DNA from: Candidatus Iainarchaeum sp.
GTDB lineage: Archaea > Iainarchaeota > Iainarchaeia > Iainarchaeales > JAGVWC01
Reading direction: 5' to 3'
Assembly: GCA_018304465.1 (NCBI GenBank)
Contig: JAGVWC010000010.1
Coordinates: 192,001-256,000, forward strand
Length of the DNA: 64,000 nt
The notes below the pieces were generated by a model that searched no databases, was not told where the DNA came from, and was given only the letters and a program-made list of their open reading frames with translations. The position numbers and the translations under genes were made by a program. Shown one piece after another: positions 28,422 through 38,678 of this stretch. The stretch's first letter is position 1. Every line of letters begins with the position of its first letter.

Positions 28422-29052
28422 ACAACCACAATATATCAATTGATATACAACATTATTTAAGCATTTGCCCGCGGGAATGAAACAGCCCCAGCGATCCGAC
28501 AAAACACCCACGCCTCAATCCGCAACCCGACAGCAATCGTTCGTTTTCTGGGTGTTTACCCCCCAGCCAAACACATAAATGGACAACCACCGAAAAAATA
28601 ATCATGAAATTTGACAAAAAAAATAGGAGCCCCATGGCAAAAAAAGTAGCGGGATAAAGTTCCCTCGATCCGAACATTATTTTTTCTTTTGTTTGGGATT
28701 GGATCCGTTTTGAATTTTTTCCCAGCGCTCAGCCAGGTTTTTTCGCAGGCGTCCCAGGCGATATCCGGCATGAAGACGCAACGCGGGCCGCTCGGCATCC
28801 AAAAAATCCGCTGACACCCATTCAAAACGGGTTCCCACCGTTGCGGCTGGATAAAACGACCGTTTTTTTGGGCTCGAACCGAAACAGCCATCCAACCGAT
28901 GCGCCGCGAAAGTACTTGCAGGATTCCAAACGACTGTTTTTCCAACGAAAAAAGCTTTTTTCATAAACCCGCATTGCAAAGTCGGAAAAGAATTTATTAG
29001 TCTTAAAAGAATAAATTGAAACTATTATATTCTTTTTTGAATTAAGTTCTTC

Positions 29053-29412
29053 ATGGCCGGAAAAATAAAACACGGAATCATTGCCACCATCGGGTTCTTG
29101 CTTTCCCCGCTTTCATGGTGGAACGATTTGATCATTAACATTCCCATCGCGTACGCCATCGGAACCGCGGTCGCCGTAATTGACAAAACGCTTTTTTTTC
29201 CCGCCGTGATTTTGGGGTACTGGGCCACCAACATCGCGGGAATGCTGTTGCTTTCCCACGGACTTGCCGGACTTGGGGAAAAAAGGCCTCGCCCGTTATT
29301 GGAACAACTAAAAGAACAACTGGTTTGGACCTTGCTCTACACCGCCTTCATCGCGGTTTTGATTTGGGCGGGAATCCTTCGGTTTCCCACGGAATATTTC
29401 CAAACGAACTAA
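29053..29412 (+). CDS. Small membrane hypothetical protein
   Basis: GFLLSPLSWWNDL..NIP; three to four TM segments. Confidence 0.75.
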   Translation: MAGKIKHGIIATIGFLLSPLSWWNDLIINIPIAYAIGTAVAVIDKTLFFPAVILGYWATNIAGMLLLSHGLAGLGEKRPRPLLEQLKEQLVWTLLYTAFIAVLIWAGILRFPTEYFQTN

Positions 29413-29419
29413 ACCCAAC

Positions 29420-30844
29420 TCAGTAACCGAGTTTTCGAACTTCGCCTTTTTGACCGTCCACCAAAAGAACGTCCCCTTCTTTGATTCCGTCAATTCCTTT
29501 TACTTGCGTTACGCACGGAAGATCATATTCGCGCGCCACAATGGCCGCATGAGACAAGTTTCCGCCCGCGCCACTCACCACGCCTTTAACCTGGCTGTAC
29601 AGCATCACCAAGTCCGGAAACAACGCATCGCACACCACAATTCCGTCTTTTACGGGTTTTTTCAAATCTTTCGAAGAACGAATCCACACCGCGCGCCCTT
29701 GCACCTGCTTTTTTCCGCCTGCCGAAAGACCCGTCAAGGTAAACGACGATCCCGCATGATCCGAAAACGACGGCTCTTGGGGTTTTACGGGTTTTGTTTC
29801 CACGTGCCACGTCGAATCAAACCAAACCGGCGACGACACGTCAAACAGCGAAAACGATTGATACCGCCCTTTTCGGCTTTGAACCAATTTTTGCATCGAA
29901 GAAACATCACCGGAATCCAATTCTTCAAGCCGCAAGAAAAAAACGTCTTCGCCCAGACCCGTGGAAGCCCCCAACGCCAAAAACGCTTTTCGAACCACAT
30001 CCAGATACAATCCCGACACCAACTTGCATTCTTCGCGAAACCGAACCCGCGGATCCCGCGAAAAAACCAGTCCTTTCGGAGTTTTGCGCGACTCGGACAC
30101 GCGCGGAGACGTCAAATCATACGGATTCAGGGAAAAAAAACCAAACTGCTCAAAAAACGCTTTTCTGGGCAACTCTGTTCGAGCCGAACTTGCTTCCAGC
30201 CAATCCACCCAAACCGTCGCGTTTTGGGGCACCACCACGGGAATACGCAGCGAATACGCCAAAGACGCCAAAAACGAAAACCGCATCACGGAAACGGCAT
30301 TCGCCAACGCGATTTGACCGATTTCAAGCGGATTTTCCGCCACGGAATTTTTTTTCCAAAATTCAAACGCTTTTTCCCGCTCCGCCTCGAAATCCGGCAC
30401 GGATTCCGAAAACAAAAACGCCAGTTTCACCTGACTCATCGCCTGCGAAAAAAAATCACGCGGAAAAGACGCGATGCAAAGCAACGAAGCGGGATTTATC
30501 ACCCGTTTTGAAACCACGCGGCCGTTTTGCACGACCAATTCGCGATCCAAACCCGGAGAAATCAAAAAACGCGTCTCGAAATTCTTGACAAAAAACAGTC
30601 TTCCCGCGACAAACACGCCACATTGTCCTTTCGACGGCCGCACGCCAAAACCGGTTTCTTCCATCACGGACCAATACGGCCCATCAGTGGAAAACACGCG
30701 TTCGAAAAAAACCTCGCTTGCGGGATTTGAAAATGAAAGCAAATCCGAGTTCTCGTTTTTTTCCAACACGAACGTCGAAGACTTGAAAACCAAGTTACGA
30801 TTTTTCGCCCGGTTCAATTCCTCGGCCAAAAAATCCGGATTCAT
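29420..30844 (-). CDS. Protein with C-terminal PEP-utilising enzyme mobile (phospho-His) domain
   Basis: GGNLSHAAIVAREYDLPCV...LVDGQKGEV. No recognisable N-terminal ATP-grasp domain. Confidence 0.8.
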   Translation of the reverse strand: MNPDFLAEELNRAKNRNLVFKSSTFVLEKNENSDLLSFSNPASEVFFERVFSTDGPYWSVMEETGFGVRPSKGQCGVFVAGRLFFVKNFETRFLISPGLDRELVVQNGRVVSKRVINPASLLCIASFPRDFFSQAMSQVKLAFLFSESVPDFEAEREKAFEFWKKNSVAENPLEIGQIALANAVSVMRFSFLASLAYSLRIPVVVPQNATVWVDWLEASSARTELPRKAFFEQFGFFSLNPYDLTSPRVSESRKTPKGLVFSRDPRVRFREECKLVSGLYLDVVRKAFLALGASTGLGEDVFFLRLEELDSGDVSSMQKLVQSRKGRYQSFSLFDVSSPVWFDSTWHVETKPVKPQEPSFSDHAGSSFTLTGLSAGGKKQVQGRAVWIRSSKDLKKPVKDGIVVCDALFPDLVMLYSQVKGVVSGAGGNLSHAAIVAREYDLPCVTQVKGIDGIKEGDVLLVDGQKGEVRKLGY

Positions 30845-31683
30845 TAATTTCCCTCCGGATCGAACAGACGACAAGCGCCCGAAACAGTTACATCCGCAAG
30901 CGCGTTCGAATGGAGTTCAAACGGACAAAAAACCCGGACCGAAACATTGTTTTCAATGGCCACACACGAAAAAACCGCTTCGATTCGAATCGATTGGATA
31001 CCATCCGAAACAACGCAGCCTTTTTCATCCAACGGCTGCACCCAAATCGAAGAACGGCCGGTCACATCCGGCGACTCCGCCGCTTTTCGGACCTCCGAAT
31101 CCCCCCGGTTGGAAGGGCTTGGAGAACCCATCGAAGGCAAAATCGAATTCAATCCTTTGGAAGCGTCCGAATCGCTTTGACCCGGGGCATTCGAAGTCGA
31201 AACCGCCCGAAGTTCAATGGCTCCATACACGGAGACGCCCACCAGAAGTCCGATCACCAAGGACCGGAGGAAAAAAGAACCCAACCGCGAAAAACGCGCG
31301 TCTTCTTGCTGCACCCGCCAGCGCTTGTAATCCAACAGAAAAAACAACACAAAACTCGCCGCCACCACGATTCCGGCGGCAAACAAAATTTCCGTCCACA
31401 CAAGCGGCGAAACGAAAACCAATCCTACGACCGCGGCTGCGAGTCCCACGAAAAGCGTTTTTGCGCCATCCGCCGCAAAATCCAGCAAGGCGGAAACCCG
31501 GCGGTTAAACACGCGTTTTTGGGCGATTCCCTGCAACGCAAGCCACACGCCAAACCCCACCAGCAAATTCGCGGCAAAAGTCAACGCCGAAAAAGTCGCC
31601 ACGTAAATCAAAGGCGGAATAATCACCACGCCAAAAACCGACACCGCAAAAAAAAACAAAAAAAACAACAGCAACCGCTTCAT
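30844..31683 (-). CDS. Membrane protein
   Basis: Multiple TM segments plus polar C-terminal domain; translationally coupled on both sides. Confidence 0.7.
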   Translation of the reverse strand: MKRLLLFFLFFFAVSVFGVVIIPPLIYVATFSALTFAANLLVGFGVWLALQGIAQKRVFNRRVSALLDFAADGAKTLFVGLAAAVVGLVFVSPLVWTEILFAAGIVVAASFVLFFLLDYKRWRVQQEDARFSRLGSFFLRSLVIGLLVGVSVYGAIELRAVSTSNAPGQSDSDASKGLNSILPSMGSPSPSNRGDSEVRKAAESPDVTGRSSIWVQPLDEKGCVVSDGIQSIRIEAVFSCVAIENNVSVRVFCPFELHSNALADVTVSGACRLFDPEGN

Positions 31684-32474
31684 TTCCAATCCCCGTACAA
31701 CTGAAGGAACAACCGCTTCGCGCCGGAATTAACGCAAAAAAAATCAAGGGACTCCCGCGCTCCTTTGGACACGATCATGGAACCATGGGTCAAACTCGCG
31801 GGACAATCCACGGCAGCGGGATCGGAAAAAAAGTCATCCGAAACCGAATCGAACACCTTGGCCACCTTGACGGGATCGTTTCCCACCCTGGCCGAAAGAA
31901 TCTCGCCGTTTCCAAACCCAAATTCCGACCGGACAAAGGTTCCGTCCGGAAAAAAATGGTAATCCACGAACCGGCCGCCGTTTTCCTGAAAAACAAACTG
32001 GACAAACAAATCGTCAGAAGGCGAAGCGGAATCCGACAATTGTTTTAATTCGAAAAAAATATCCGAAAGCTGTCCGGAGCGGTTTTCATCCTGAAAAAAT
32101 TTCCCAATGTTTACCCGCGTTAATTTTCCGTTGTGTAACCAAAACGAATTCCACACCGGGCACGACGAACAATTCGCGTCCATTGAAGACGAAAACAACG
32201 GTGGCAACCGGTTCCAAATTTTTTGAACCGATTCTTGCGGCACCCGCGTCACCGAAATCGAAACGGGATTCGTGGAATCACCGGAATTCTGGATTTTTTC
32301 AAGCAGCCAGCCGTTTGAGGTGAGCAAGTATTCAGAAGAACAAACATTGGCGGGACATGACAAATCATCCAGCGCCACTTCGAGAAAACCCTCTGTTGAC
32401 GCAGGAGGCGTCACGCAACCCGACACCCAGATGCCTGCCAAGAGAAAAACCACAATCCAAAAAAAGGAACGCAT
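31680..32474 (-). CDS. Putative lipoprotein with internal duplication
   Basis: Lipobox IWVSGC; Cys pairs. Confidence 0.7.
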   Translation of the reverse strand: MRSFFWIVVFLLAGIWVSGCVTPPASTEGFLEVALDDLSCPANVCSSEYLLTSNGWLLEKIQNSGDSTNPVSISVTRVPQESVQKIWNRLPPLFSSSMDANCSSCPVWNSFWLHNGKLTRVNIGKFFQDENRSGQLSDIFFELKQLSDSASPSDDLFVQFVFQENGGRFVDYHFFPDGTFVRSEFGFGNGEILSARVGNDPVKVAKVFDSVSDDFFSDPAAVDCPASLTHGSMIVSKGARESLDFFCVNSGAKRLFLQLYGDWK

Positions 32475-32571
32475 TACAAACTGAGCGCCAAGGCGTTAAT
32501 TAAGCTTTCCAAAACCCACGGGAAAAGCAAAACCGGCACCTTAAAATCCCGCGCCGTTCCAATACTATCCG

Positions 32572-32853
32572 ATGGATTGCATGGTGTACCTGCTGCAATG
32601 CCGCGACGGCACCTATTACTGCGGCTGGACCAATGATCTGGAAAAACGGTTGAACGCCCACAACGCCGGAACCGCAAGCAAATACACGCGAAAACGACGC
32701 CCCGTGCGGTTAATTTACACCGAAAAACACCTCAACCGCTCCGAATGCCAAAAACGCGAATACGCCATAAAACAGCTTTCCAGAGCCGAAAAAGAACAAT
32801 TAATCGAAAGCAACTCCCGGTTAGAAAACCCAAAAAAGCAGGGTTTAAAATAA
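32572..32853 (+). CDS. GIY-YIG nuclease (UPF0213)
   Basis: VYLLQCRDGTYYCGWTNDLEKRL..HN.G..SKYT..RRPV...REYAIK. Confidence 0.92.
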   Translation: MDCMVYLLQCRDGTYYCGWTNDLEKRLNAHNAGTASKYTRKRRPVRLIYTEKHLNRSECQKREYAIKQLSRAEKEQLIESNSRLENPKKQGLK

Positions 32854-32873
32854 GTATAACCAACTTATAGAGT

Positions 32874-33515
32874 ATGGTTGAAAGCTATTCCGTCCAGCGA
32901 AAAAAACTCGTTGAAAAAATGAAAAAAGAAAAAACCATTCGCACCCCGGAAGTCGAAAACGCTTTCTTGGCGATTCCGCGGGAACATTTTTTCCCGTCCG
33001 TTGACCGCTTGTTTGCCTACCAAGACGACGCGTTCCCCATCGGATACGGCCAAACCATTTCCCAACCCAGCACGATCGCGGAAATGCTCGAACTACTCGA
33101 AGTCAAACCCGGAATGCGCGTACTCGAAATCGGAAGCGGAAGCGGCTACGTACTCGGTTTACTGTCTTGTCTCACTAGAGAAAAAAACACGGTGTACGGA
33201 ATTGAACGCATCACCGCGTTGACCCAAAAATCCCGATTAGCGCTCGAAAAAACCCACTTGGACGACGTCGCGATCCAAGTCGGAAACGGCCGCGACGGCC
33301 GGAAAGAAAAAGCGCCGTTTGACCGCATCATCATCAGCGCGGCAAGCGAAAAAGTCCCGCACGCGCTCGTCGAACAACTCGCCGAAAACGGAAAACTCGT
33401 CGCGCCGCTTGGCGAAACCCAAATGCGCGAACGCGTGGTATTCACCAAGAAAAACGGAGCACTCGTTCCCGCAGAAAAAAAAGGAACCTACAGTTTCGTG
33501 CCGCTGCAAGCGTAA
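32874..33515 (+). CDS. pcm: Protein-L-isoaspartate O-methyltransferase
   Basis: AYQD..FPIGYGQTISQP, VLEIGSGSGY, APFDRII, FVPL. Confidence 0.95.
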   Translation: MVESYSVQRKKLVEKMKKEKTIRTPEVENAFLAIPREHFFPSVDRLFAYQDDAFPIGYGQTISQPSTIAEMLELLEVKPGMRVLEIGSGSGYVLGLLSCLTREKNTVYGIERITALTQKSRLALEKTHLDDVAIQVGNGRDGRKEKAPFDRIIISAASEKVPHALVEQLAENGKLVAPLGETQMRERVVFTKKNGALVPAEKKGTYSFVPLQA

Positions 33516-33517
33516 AT

Positions 33518-34168
33518 TCACGCGGATGGGCCCGCGCGCCCATATTTGAAAAAATCGTTGATTGAATGAATCCCGATATCCCACGCATCCAAACCTTCCG
33601 CATACGTCTTTCTCTTGGCACTCATTTTTGACTGGTGTTTTGCAAGTTCATTGACCGACAAAGCACGCACAATATCCCAAAATGGATCCGCAAGCCACCA
33701 GCGCGAACCATTCCAAAATACAACCTGTGAATGATCCAATATACGCGTAAATTTTGCGGGCACGCCATGAATACGAAGAACTGTGCACAACACAAGACAC
33801 TCATCCAAACAACCGGCTATCCCATGTTTTTTGAACGCATCCGCATCCCCTTTCAAAATAGTCTTTGTCCGGACGATATCATCCGCCGAGCGTTTCGCAT
33901 ACAGCTTCTTCAAAACAGCATCCGATACCTCCACAGCATCAAAAGAATCCAACCGAAGAATAACATCCTCAACGATTTCCTTTGGCGAACCATGAAATTG
34001 AGAGGCAAATTTGATCAAGGCTTTCGTCACACGTGTCTGCCGGCCCGACCGCAACCACTCCCGAAAAACCACGGGTTCGATGCGTTTTCTAACGACAGAT
34101 CCGGGTTTTTTAGACACCAAACCCCGAACAAGCTTTGTTCGCCGAAAACCGTTTCTTATCCGACGCAT
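33518..34168 (-). CDS. Basic transglutaminase-like protein
   Basis: GCLDECLV..TVLR..GVPA, HSQV, WWLADP (Cys-His-Asp triad pattern). Arg-rich N-terminus. Confidence 0.65.
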   Translation of the reverse strand: MRRIRNGFRRTKLVRGLVSKKPGSVVRKRIEPVVFREWLRSGRQTRVTKALIKFASQFHGSPKEIVEDVILRLDSFDAVEVSDAVLKKLYAKRSADDIVRTKTILKGDADAFKKHGIAGCLDECLVLCTVLRIHGVPAKFTRILDHSQVVFWNGSRWWLADPFWDIVRALSVNELAKHQSKMSAKRKTYAEGLDAWDIGIHSINDFFKYGRAGPSA

Positions 34169-34233
34169 ACCACATAACAACCACGAAAACCATTAAAAAA
34201 ACCCGCCTGCATTCAATATATGAATCAGTTCGT

Positions 34234-34395
34234 GCAGAGATGGCGGAACCTGGTTAACGCGCCAGCCTTGAGCGGCCTTTTCACAAAGGCCGGCGAAAAC
34301 GAAAACCGTTTTTCCCAGGTTTTTGGCATTGGCCAAAAAGCTGTAAGAAAGCTGGTGGGCGCAAGCCCGTGTGGGTTCAAATCCCACTCTCTGCG
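34234..34395 (+). tRNA. tRNA-Ser(TGA) with 77-nt intron (34273-34349)
   Basis: GCAGAGA/TCTCTGC acceptor; CCAGC-CTTGAG|A-GCTGG; long variable arm GGGCGCAAGCCC; CTTG/TAAG BHB helix. Confidence 0.9.
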
Positions 34396-34444
34396 AACCC
34401 AAAAAACAGCAACAAATAAGAATGCAAAAACCGTTGTTGAATCA

Positions 34445-35116
34445 ATGCTCGATTGGAAAAAAATCATTTGGAACATTTTTCTCGGAGTCGCCGCGATTTC
34501 GCTTCTTTTTCAGGCCCTTGATCCGATTCTTCACGGATTTTCCAAAGAACGCCTCGTGATCGCAAGCGAAATCCTGCTGTTGCTTTGGCTTGGAACCGTG
34601 TGGAAATTCCAAAACACCATCCGCGAAAAAACAAAATTCATTTCTTCCCTGCGAATGCGCTTTATTCTAATCGGGTTTTTTTCCACCCTGCTTGCCGAAA
34701 CCATTTACATTTTTTCAAAACCCCTGCATCAAAACCTCGCATGGGACCTGATCCTAACGGCGCCATGGTATTTCCTGTGGATGACCGCATGGTACTGGGT
34801 TTTGTCCAAACACCATTTTTCATTCAAAGAAGCGTTTCTTTTAGGCGGGTTCCACGGATTCGTCATTGAAGGACTCCTCTCCGGCGGACTCGTGTTTAAT
34901 CCCCTGCTCGCCTTGGCGATCCTGCCGCTCATGACGGTGTTGTACGGATGCTTTTTCCTGGTACCTTACATTATCACCAAGCCCGATTTTCCCAATCAGT
35001 CGCCCGCGTCCCTTTCCACCAAAATCAAATATTCCCTTGTTCCGCTGCTGATGTATATTCCCGGATTCCTCTGGATCGCTGTTTTAACCAATGTTTTTCA
35101 ATTGGTCTTGCATTAA
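34445..35116 (+). CDS. Multi-pass membrane hypothetical protein
   Basis: About seven TM segments. Start trimmed to exclude the tRNA. Confidence 0.75.
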   Translation: MLDWKKIIWNIFLGVAAISLLFQALDPILHGFSKERLVIASEILLLLWLGTVWKFQNTIREKTKFISSLRMRFILIGFFSTLLAETIYIFSKPLHQNLAWDLILTAPWYFLWMTAWYWVLSKHHFSFKEAFLLGGFHGFVIEGLLSGGLVFNPLLALAILPLMTVLYGCFFLVPYIITKPDFPNQSPASLSTKIKYSLVPLLMYIPGFLWIAVLTNVFQLVLH

Positions 35117-35126
35117 GAGAAAAAAA

Positions 35127-35561
35127 ATGAACGAAAACAAAAACCCAAAAATCGCGAATACGCGTTCCTTCAAAGAAATCAAAGGATTTTCATTCGAATA
35201 CCCCGAATTCGAAGAATGGACCGTGCATCACGTGGAACAAAACGCTCGCCTCACCAACGTGCTTCGATTCGAGATCAACGTTTTTTTCAATCACCCCACC
35301 GAGCTCCAGGTGGAAACCCCGGCCCACATGGGCGTGACACGCGATTATTCCATTCTCAATTATCCGAACTTCAACAACATGCAATTAAAACAAAACCCCA
35401 AAGGAATCCGCTTCGAACAAAACCCCGTATTAAACAAGGCGATTTTTTACCTCGAAAAAACCGCAGTGACCGTGGATATTTCAAGCATTCCAAACAAGCA
35501 AGGCTTTTCAAGCAACCGATTCATCGAAGAAATCATCCGAAGCTTTCAAACCAACCGATGA
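35127..35561 (+). CDS. Hypothetical protein (PsbP-like GFSFEYP motif)
   Basis: GFSFEYPE..W N-terminal motif and IEEIIRSFQ C-terminal motif. Confidence 0.55.
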   Translation: MNENKNPKIANTRSFKEIKGFSFEYPEFEEWTVHHVEQNARLTNVLRFEINVFFNHPTELQVETPAHMGVTRDYSILNYPNFNNMQLKQNPKGIRFEQNPVLNKAIFYLEKTAVTVDISSIPNKQGFSSNRFIEEIIRSFQTNR

Positions 35562-35622
35562 CAAAAAGCGAAAAAAACACCGCACGAATAGGATTAAAAT
35601 AGGCTCTTTCGAAAAAATAAAT

Positions 35623-36159
35623 ATGAAAAACCAATCAGTAATGATTCTATTCATCAGTTTGACGGTACTGGTCGCCGGATGCACCACGCCGTCCACCAAT
35701 CCAAATCCCAATGGAGGAACCAATTTGGCTGAAACAGTAGAAGTAGGAGACACCGTTGCCGTCAATTACAAAGGAACCCTGACGAACGGACAAGAATTCG
35801 ATTCATCGCTTCAACCCGGACGCACACCGCTTGAGTTTACGGTCGGAGACGGCAACATGATCGCCGGATTTGACGACGCCGTCCGCGGAATGAAACTGAA
35901 CGAAGAAAAAACCGTTACCTTGCCGCCCGAAAAAGCCTACGGATTCGAACAACCCGATTTGATCGTTCAAGTTCCGCGCGAAATGCTTTCCGGCGTGCCC
36001 GAAGAACAATTGGTCGTCGGAACCGAACTTAGGGGCCCCATGGGACGCGGCGTCATCACCAAAGTGGACACAAACAACGTCACCATCAACTTTAACCACG
36101 AACTCGCCGGACAAACCCTCGTGTTCTGGATCAAAGTCGTTGAAATCAAGAAGAAGTAA
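35623..36159 (+). CDS. FKBP-type peptidyl-prolyl isomerase (SlyD-like) with lipoprotein leader
   Basis: LVAGC lipobox; GDTVAVNYKGTL..G..FDSS, GFDDAV.GM, PEKAYG, FNHELAGQTL.F. Confidence 0.93.
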   Translation: MKNQSVMILFISLTVLVAGCTTPSTNPNPNGGTNLAETVEVGDTVAVNYKGTLTNGQEFDSSLQPGRTPLEFTVGDGNMIAGFDDAVRGMKLNEEKTVTLPPEKAYGFEQPDLIVQVPREMLSGVPEEQLVVGTELRGPMGRGVITKVDTNNVTINFNHELAGQTLVFWIKVVEIKKK

Positions 36160-36202
36160 GAAAACCACTCTTCTTGAATCCTTTTACTTTTCCAACAAAA
36201 AA

Positions 36203-36685
36203 TCAGCGGCTTGGACCCTCGAAATCAAACGAATAATCCAAAACGGAGTTGTCGTCTTTGGAAAACACCACGGTTCCCGACACCGTTTGTCCCTCGAAAA
36301 TCAACGGCAGCCACAACGGATCCGCCGGCCACATGGATTCGAACGGCAACCGATCCAATGGAAACCACTGCGGCACCATTTCTTCGGATTCCGTCGGAGT
36401 CCCCGTCCAAGCAAACGCCACGAACACTTCAACACGCGTCGCAAACTCCGGACGATCCTTCGTCAAAAACACCACTTCACCCGCGGGAACCAGCGACTCC
36501 AAAGCCACCACCAAACTGCTTTCTTCGAACACTTCCCGCACCGCGGCTTTAACGGTTGATTCGCCCGGATTCAATTTTCCGCCAAACCCGTTCCACTTTC
36601 CCCGGCCAAAACCGCGTTTCTTTAAACCCAACAATACCTGTCGATGATCCACGTCCACGACGAACACCAAGGTCTTGACTTCCAT
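36203..36685 (-). CDS. 8-oxo-dGTP diphosphatase (MTH1-like NUDIX)
   Basis: LLGLKKRGFG.GKWNGFGGK...REVFEE; ESEEMVPQWF; MWPADPLWLP. Confidence 0.9.
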   Translation of the reverse strand: MEVKTLVFVVDVDHRQVLLGLKKRGFGRGKWNGFGGKLNPGESTVKAAVREVFEESSLVVALESLVPAGEVVFLTKDRPEFATRVEVFVAFAWTGTPTESEEMVPQWFPLDRLPFESMWPADPLWLPLIFEGQTVSGTVVFSKDDNSVLDYSFDFEGPSR

Positions 36686-36802
36686 ACCAAACCAGCAGAA
36701 CCAAGCATTTAAAAACAAATTTCGTTATTTGGCTACAAAAACACCAATTTCAAATGACAATTGACGAAGTTTTTTAAATCGTGATCGTCATAAATACGTC
36801 CT

Positions 36803-37504
36803 ATGGACAAACTCGCCGTCACCATGGCCGGAGAAATCACGTTGTCACGCGACCCCGGCGGCTCCATGAAAAAATGGCGCGAAATCTTCGGAGTCTCGCA
36901 AACCGAACTAGCCGAACACCTAAAGATCTCCAGCTCCACGATTTCCGATTATGAAGGCGGACGCCGAAAAAGCCCCGGCATCAACGTCATCAACCGATTC
37001 GTCGAAGCCTTGCTCACGATCGATTCCAACCGCGGAAGCAAAATTCAAAAACAACTCGAACGCGACTTTGCGCCAAAACAAGAAATATTCGACACCCACG
37101 AATTCTCCAAAGCCATGAAAGGAACCGAATTCCTCGAACTCATCGCGGGCCAATGCGTCACAAGCCCCGCGCGCTTAAAAGAAACCACCATCTTCGGATA
37201 CACGGTTATCGATTCCCTCAAAGTCATTCTGGAAGTACCCGTGCACGAATACCTGCAATTGTACGGAAAAACCCCCGAACGCGTCGTTATTTTTCAACAA
37301 GTCGAAAACGGGCGCTCGCCCATGATCGCGATCAAAATCGGCCGCTTTTCCACGGACATGAAACCATCCATCGTGGTCTTGCATGGATGCAAAATGGTGG
37401 ACAAAGTCGCCATCAAAATCGCGGAAACCGAAAAAATCCCGCTCTTAACCACCAACAAACCCATTGAAGAAATCAAAGCCGCACTCAAAGCGTTCGAAAG
37501 CTGA
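36803..37504 (+). CDS. Archaeal XRE-HTH transcriptional regulator (COG1709-like)
   Basis: AGEITLS.DPG..MKKWREIF...ISDYEGGRRKSPG; GYTVIDS; GRSPMIAIK. Confidence 0.88.
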   Translation: MDKLAVTMAGEITLSRDPGGSMKKWREIFGVSQTELAEHLKISSSTISDYEGGRRKSPGINVINRFVEALLTIDSNRGSKIQKQLERDFAPKQEIFDTHEFSKAMKGTEFLELIAGQCVTSPARLKETTIFGYTVIDSLKVILEVPVHEYLQLYGKTPERVVIFQQVENGRSPMIAIKIGRFSTDMKPSIVVLHGCKMVDKVAIKIAETEKIPLLTTNKPIEEIKAALKAFES

Positions 37505-37505
37505 A

Positions 37506-37952
37506 TCAGGGAACCCGATCGCAATCGTGTTTTTGGTTGAATTTTCCCAAAATAAAATCCTTGGCGGACTGCACCGCGCCAAACGTGAACAAGGATTCGT
37601 TTTCCATTTCGCTTAACGAAAACCATTTCGCTTCTTTGATTTCTTCCGGCGGAATCCGCAATTCCCCTGAAACGATTTCGGCTTCAAACACGTACTTGAC
37701 AATCAAACGGCCGTTTTCAACAAACCGAAACGTTCCCGCCAACCGGCCCAACGATACCACGAAACCCGTTTCTTCCAATGTTTCGCGCACCGCCGCGTCC
37801 TCCAAAGACTCGTTTTTTTCCACGTGTCCCCCCGGATTGTTCCACAACCCCGCAGGAGTACCCACCACGGCGTTCACGAACAAAAAACGATTGTTTTTCA
37901 CGACCAATGTCGCCCCCACTTCTTTTGCCTGCAAAAACCCACCGCCTTCCAC
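37506..37952 (-). CDS. NUDIX hydrolase
   Basis: PGGHVEKNESLEDAAVRETLEETG. Confidence 0.9.
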   Translation of the reverse strand: MEGGGFLQAKEVGATLVVKNNRFLFVNAVVGTPAGLWNNPGGHVEKNESLEDAAVRETLEETGFVVSLGRLAGTFRFVENGRLIVKYVFEAEIVSGELRIPPEEIKEAKWFSLSEMENESLFTFGAVQSAKDFILGKFNQKHDCDRVP

Positions 37953-38678
37953 TCAACGATTAAACCGTAACAAAAACGTAAAATTCTTGCGTGTTCGACC
38001 GCTTTTGTCCACGCCCGCCAACGTAAAACTCGTCACGGGTCGAATCCGATATTTTTTCGACAATTCATCCACAATCGTTTTCGCGGCGCGCTTGGAACCC
38101 ACGCGCACATCCACGCCGTTCGAAATCAATTCTTTCTTGGCAACTTGCGCCAACGAATCCGTTCGATACAATTCATCCAAACGCGATTCGAATTCATCCA
38201 CGATTTTTTGCCATTCGTTCTTGTCTTTTGATTCGAACCGAAACTGGATTTTGGCTTCGAAATAATCCGCGCGCACCAAACTGCATTTTCGACACAAGGT
38301 TTCACGCGGTTCCAGCGAAACCGACACCGGAACCGAAATTTCTTCGCTTCCAAGCAACCCTTTCACATGACCCGACGCCACCGAAGAACCGTCATCTTGG
38401 GGTTCAAGCCCCACATCGAATTCGAGATGATCCAATGATTTAGACTTGATGTTTTGCCGCACCAATTCGAGCAAATGGTCTTCCGACGGAGGCACCCATT
38501 TTCCTTGTCGCAACACTTTTGCGCACTCGCGGCAATACATGACTTCGATTTCTTCCGGATACATAAGCAGCTTGTTTTTCTTCTGAAAACAATCGATGCA
38601 CACATTTTCAATAAACGGCTTGCTGGTGGCTCCGCAATCGGGACAAAAACGCTTTCGCATAAACACAGTACCTTCCAT
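37953..38678 (-). CDS. NMD3-family ribosome biogenesis protein
   Basis: CPDCG, CIDC, CREC, CRKC, YFEAKIQFR, GVD..G. Confidence 0.88.
   Translation of the reverse strand: MEGTVFMRKRFCPDCGATSKPFIENVCIDCFQKKNKLLMYPEEIEVMYCRECAKVLRQGKWVPPSEDHLLELVRQNIKSKSLDHLEFDVGLEPQDDGSSVASGHVKGLLGSEEISVPVSVSLEPRETLCRKCSLVRADYFEAKIQFRFESKDKNEWQKIVDEFESRLDELYRTDSLAQVAKKELISNGVDVRVGSKRAAKTIVDELSKKYRIRPVTSFTLAGVDKSGRTRKNFTFLLRFNR

Noticed and set aside
28430-29050. Possible ncRNA (SRP/RNase P) or gene 28677-28979
   Set aside because: No conserved RNA motifs were recognised and the ORFs have no motifs; left unannotated.
29450-31704. Long + strand ORFs (29450-30511, 30474-31508, 30910-31704), and similarly 19122-19892, 26955-27728 and 37537-38265
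   Set aside because: Antisense shadows of better-supported genes, with no motifs.
34220-34444. N-terminal extensions of ORFs 34220-35116 and 3225-3674
   Set aside because: They run through tRNA genes; downstream ATGs are the plausible starts.
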